A DNA stretch of 64,000 nt from an uncultured delta proteobacterium (GTDB lineage: Bacteria > Myxococcota_A > Polyangia > Haliangiales > Haliangiaceae), in NCBI GenBank assembly GCA_963848295.1, contig CAWKDB010000010.1:4800001-4864000 (forward strand), given 5' to 3'. The notes under the pieces were generated by a model. It was given only the letters and a program-made list of their open reading frames with translations, was not told the origin of the DNA and ran no database searches. The position numbers were made by a program, and so were the translations under genes. Shown here in pieces: positions 63,701 to 64,000 of this stretch (the stretch's first letter is position 1; every line of letters begins with the position of its first letter).

Positions 63701-63999
63701 TGCCACGCCTTCGCAGCGCGCGGCGCATCGTTGAGCTTGCTATCGAGCACCGCGGCGTAGCGCTCGAGATCGACGGCGCGGACCGCGGCTTCGGGGGTCG
63801 CCGGCGCCGGCAGCGGCCGGCCACCGTCGATGCGCTCGAGCACCGACACGAGCTCGGCCCAGCGTTCGCTGCGCTCGTACAGCACGCCGAGCGCGGCGAG
63901 CGCATCGGGGTCCGACGGCGACGCGCGCAGCGTGTGCTCCCAGCGCTCGAGCGCGGTGACGTCATCGCCGCGTTCGGCCGCGAGCTTCGCGAGCCGCTT
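57790..63999 (-). CDS. Giant TPR-repeat protein (>2060 aa, 5' end beyond the window)
   Basis: Many AL.AL..LY...W..L TPR-like repeats; frame open to the window edge; C-terminal TADRAALL..GD. Confidence 0.85.
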   Translation of the reverse strand, partial: KRLAKLAAERGDDVTALERWEHTLRASPSDPDALAALGVLYERSERWAELVSVLERIDGGRPLPAPATPEAAVRAVDLERYAAVLDSKLNDAPRAAKAWHRLLELTPKSRGALEALGRLYRAQSKWRELADVLGRQIAVLAASGQADDRTRAAEIAMERGELLEERLGAPNEAIKVFEHLLRELDPNHLDAHTALRRLHEARGDYDAAVRVAEREMYLSPEPIRKVARGLEIGLICRDRLANPTRALQAFRRVLELDPDQDEALAASADLLAKTGRWKDYVVMVERMLTRVPSRDVSDAPEHAEQRRQLVQRIAIAIADKLGDPRSAFRWWRRAHDEAPDEQSLADVRRAAESYGLWRELSEVLADERKRLVALGEGGAPAEADRYVALSRELAQLSERRLGDKPRAVMVYGEALAVVPRDGTLLAELERLAGELDQRPIWKALLDAFELALGATSPGERVELYLRRSRILDERVGDPKGAVADILAAFSWSPDREGTREALVALSAKARAWNDLVAVDSALVERAATTDKRVEILRRKAGIIEEQLKDAPRAFRTHLIALLLAPDDTETTSHLWRLARAIGKYRETDRAPRPEPAPATIQSEAAIAEAVAASNRSVPGRPHIPRRASTEPLADIDLTPATLAVGDSTQPIDLDDVELTAPPKPLRPDPAFAAENSTMTLSASDLARMAVPPPRTPGTGQAGKMPPPPSPRTPQITRSARANRPSSPPPMPRLGLPGMTARKPQLPVRRPPLPSLPNREFDAPWDELAVAYEGLPAPDPATRLRWLFRAAEVWETGAKDIVRAFDALARAFDQARRTPDGDAEVRARLQRIASENKAFDRLADLYEGMAEQAETAQAAADLLMEVANIRTEQKRWRDAEAQLRRVLGMLPNDATARARLEELYRAEGRWVELAASLEERTDPRLGTAAPEAERPQLLRDLAAIYVDRLHREHDAIDAFERLRVLAPSDIMVMQRLADRYGAVGRWSKVIETLGRIVETAEGSPEAREALHSIARIHEVELELPDRAIESYNAIVATWPDDIEAWAALDGLYQAHARWSDLADVLRRRAALAREPADRAQLLARRAGVLIDWLDMPDEAAATLRHARTIAPDDAALADALVAALSKAGRDREASAILENRIDTLSAHAEAGGGKGELAGLYIRLAQLQVDKLSDRDAARASIDHALALVPEHPTALAVLAQLASPDEDPRAFADAKLREAESAKDEDVKIAALMAAGEVLRSRVNDMAGAHAAFERVLTLRPYHADATWALAGLSEQGGDPDAATRILEKRLEAETLTPPERARVLTQLAALSRAAGIESAAERRLLEALGSVPDHLPAIVALADFYADAERWADLEAFLREVLDGTTLAAAPTALVADLHRRLATAHEKLGRDEDAYQTLVAADRMHRGHLLIKLALGENRYKARRWREAALHLSPLATHEDSVKYPTEVAQGLYHAALAEIRSLRPEKAAPLYTRALELKPNYAPALQALAEIAMEQGDHRKAADLLTRQATATEDPAERMKLFEALGDMSLLMLHDEERALTCYGAAVASAQPLEAKHVPLLEKLLERQDLAGDLAGSARTAELMAAFGATPADRAARHLRAANDYLAAGDKTRARAAADRAVDNDPYDVDAVDLASELALAQGDVDAAASMLTKLVTAKDDRFSAASAAHRALLSTRLGQARAQRGDTRQALPAFEHAIAIAPDSEGATQARRALVDLGKQATIDDPARKEAIATHLGAITAQTGALADLVAWADELRRQNKLDAARATLELAIGVGHTADVHQSAFLQVNKPYAIRDDESYPSAVDATDQLLIATADPVLAPIAQTLAEAAALLWPDLEEAFARMGCSGARLIPATTHAAAHAMFPRLTTVLGTGAVMLYQVDEGADVTVVAAATPVIVIGPRLAAETSPLPHDTIRALLARAVELTRPEHLAFAGLPATESARLVASVARLFGPPLLRDALAASIADEDIQRAHDEVVKAALPVKLRTRLEQQLLAVPPMSLDTARYAAACERTADRAALLVGGDAVTIVAAAKARGDTAEHLIHAVALPGWLALRARLGVGIR

Positions 64000-64000
64000 C

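Overview
GC-rich bacterial chromosome segment with a Myxococcota-like gene set (Haliangium/Kofleriaceae type, inferred from three Ser/Thr kinases, TPR/PEGA proteins, a MYXO-CTERM-like protein, a giant TPR protein and a BMC-P/aldolase satellite locus). It holds about 55 CDS: a GldA/F/G-like ABC locus, HtrA, Fe-SOD, a MoxR-DUF58-Bat operon, MATE, PhoD, two 5'-nucleotidases, class II DAHP synthase and pyruvate kinase. Several genes carry single-base indels, probably long-read errors. The most unusual feature is a ~2 kb cassette at 54.0-56.0 kb. Two divergent, ~60% identical four-helix-bundle (IVP/Avd-like) genes are each preceded by a homologous ~225-nt rod-like hairpin with compensatory base changes that sequesters the Shine-Dalgarno sequence. 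The genes are interleaved with three GCCGNN microsatellite arrays. Also notable: a leader-peptide attenuator upstream of the MATE gene, a 25-bp REP/MITE-like inverted repeat, a lysozyme-like surface-anchored protein, and a nucleotidase/lipoprotein/beta-barrel operon. All family assignments come from motif recognition by eye, not database searches.
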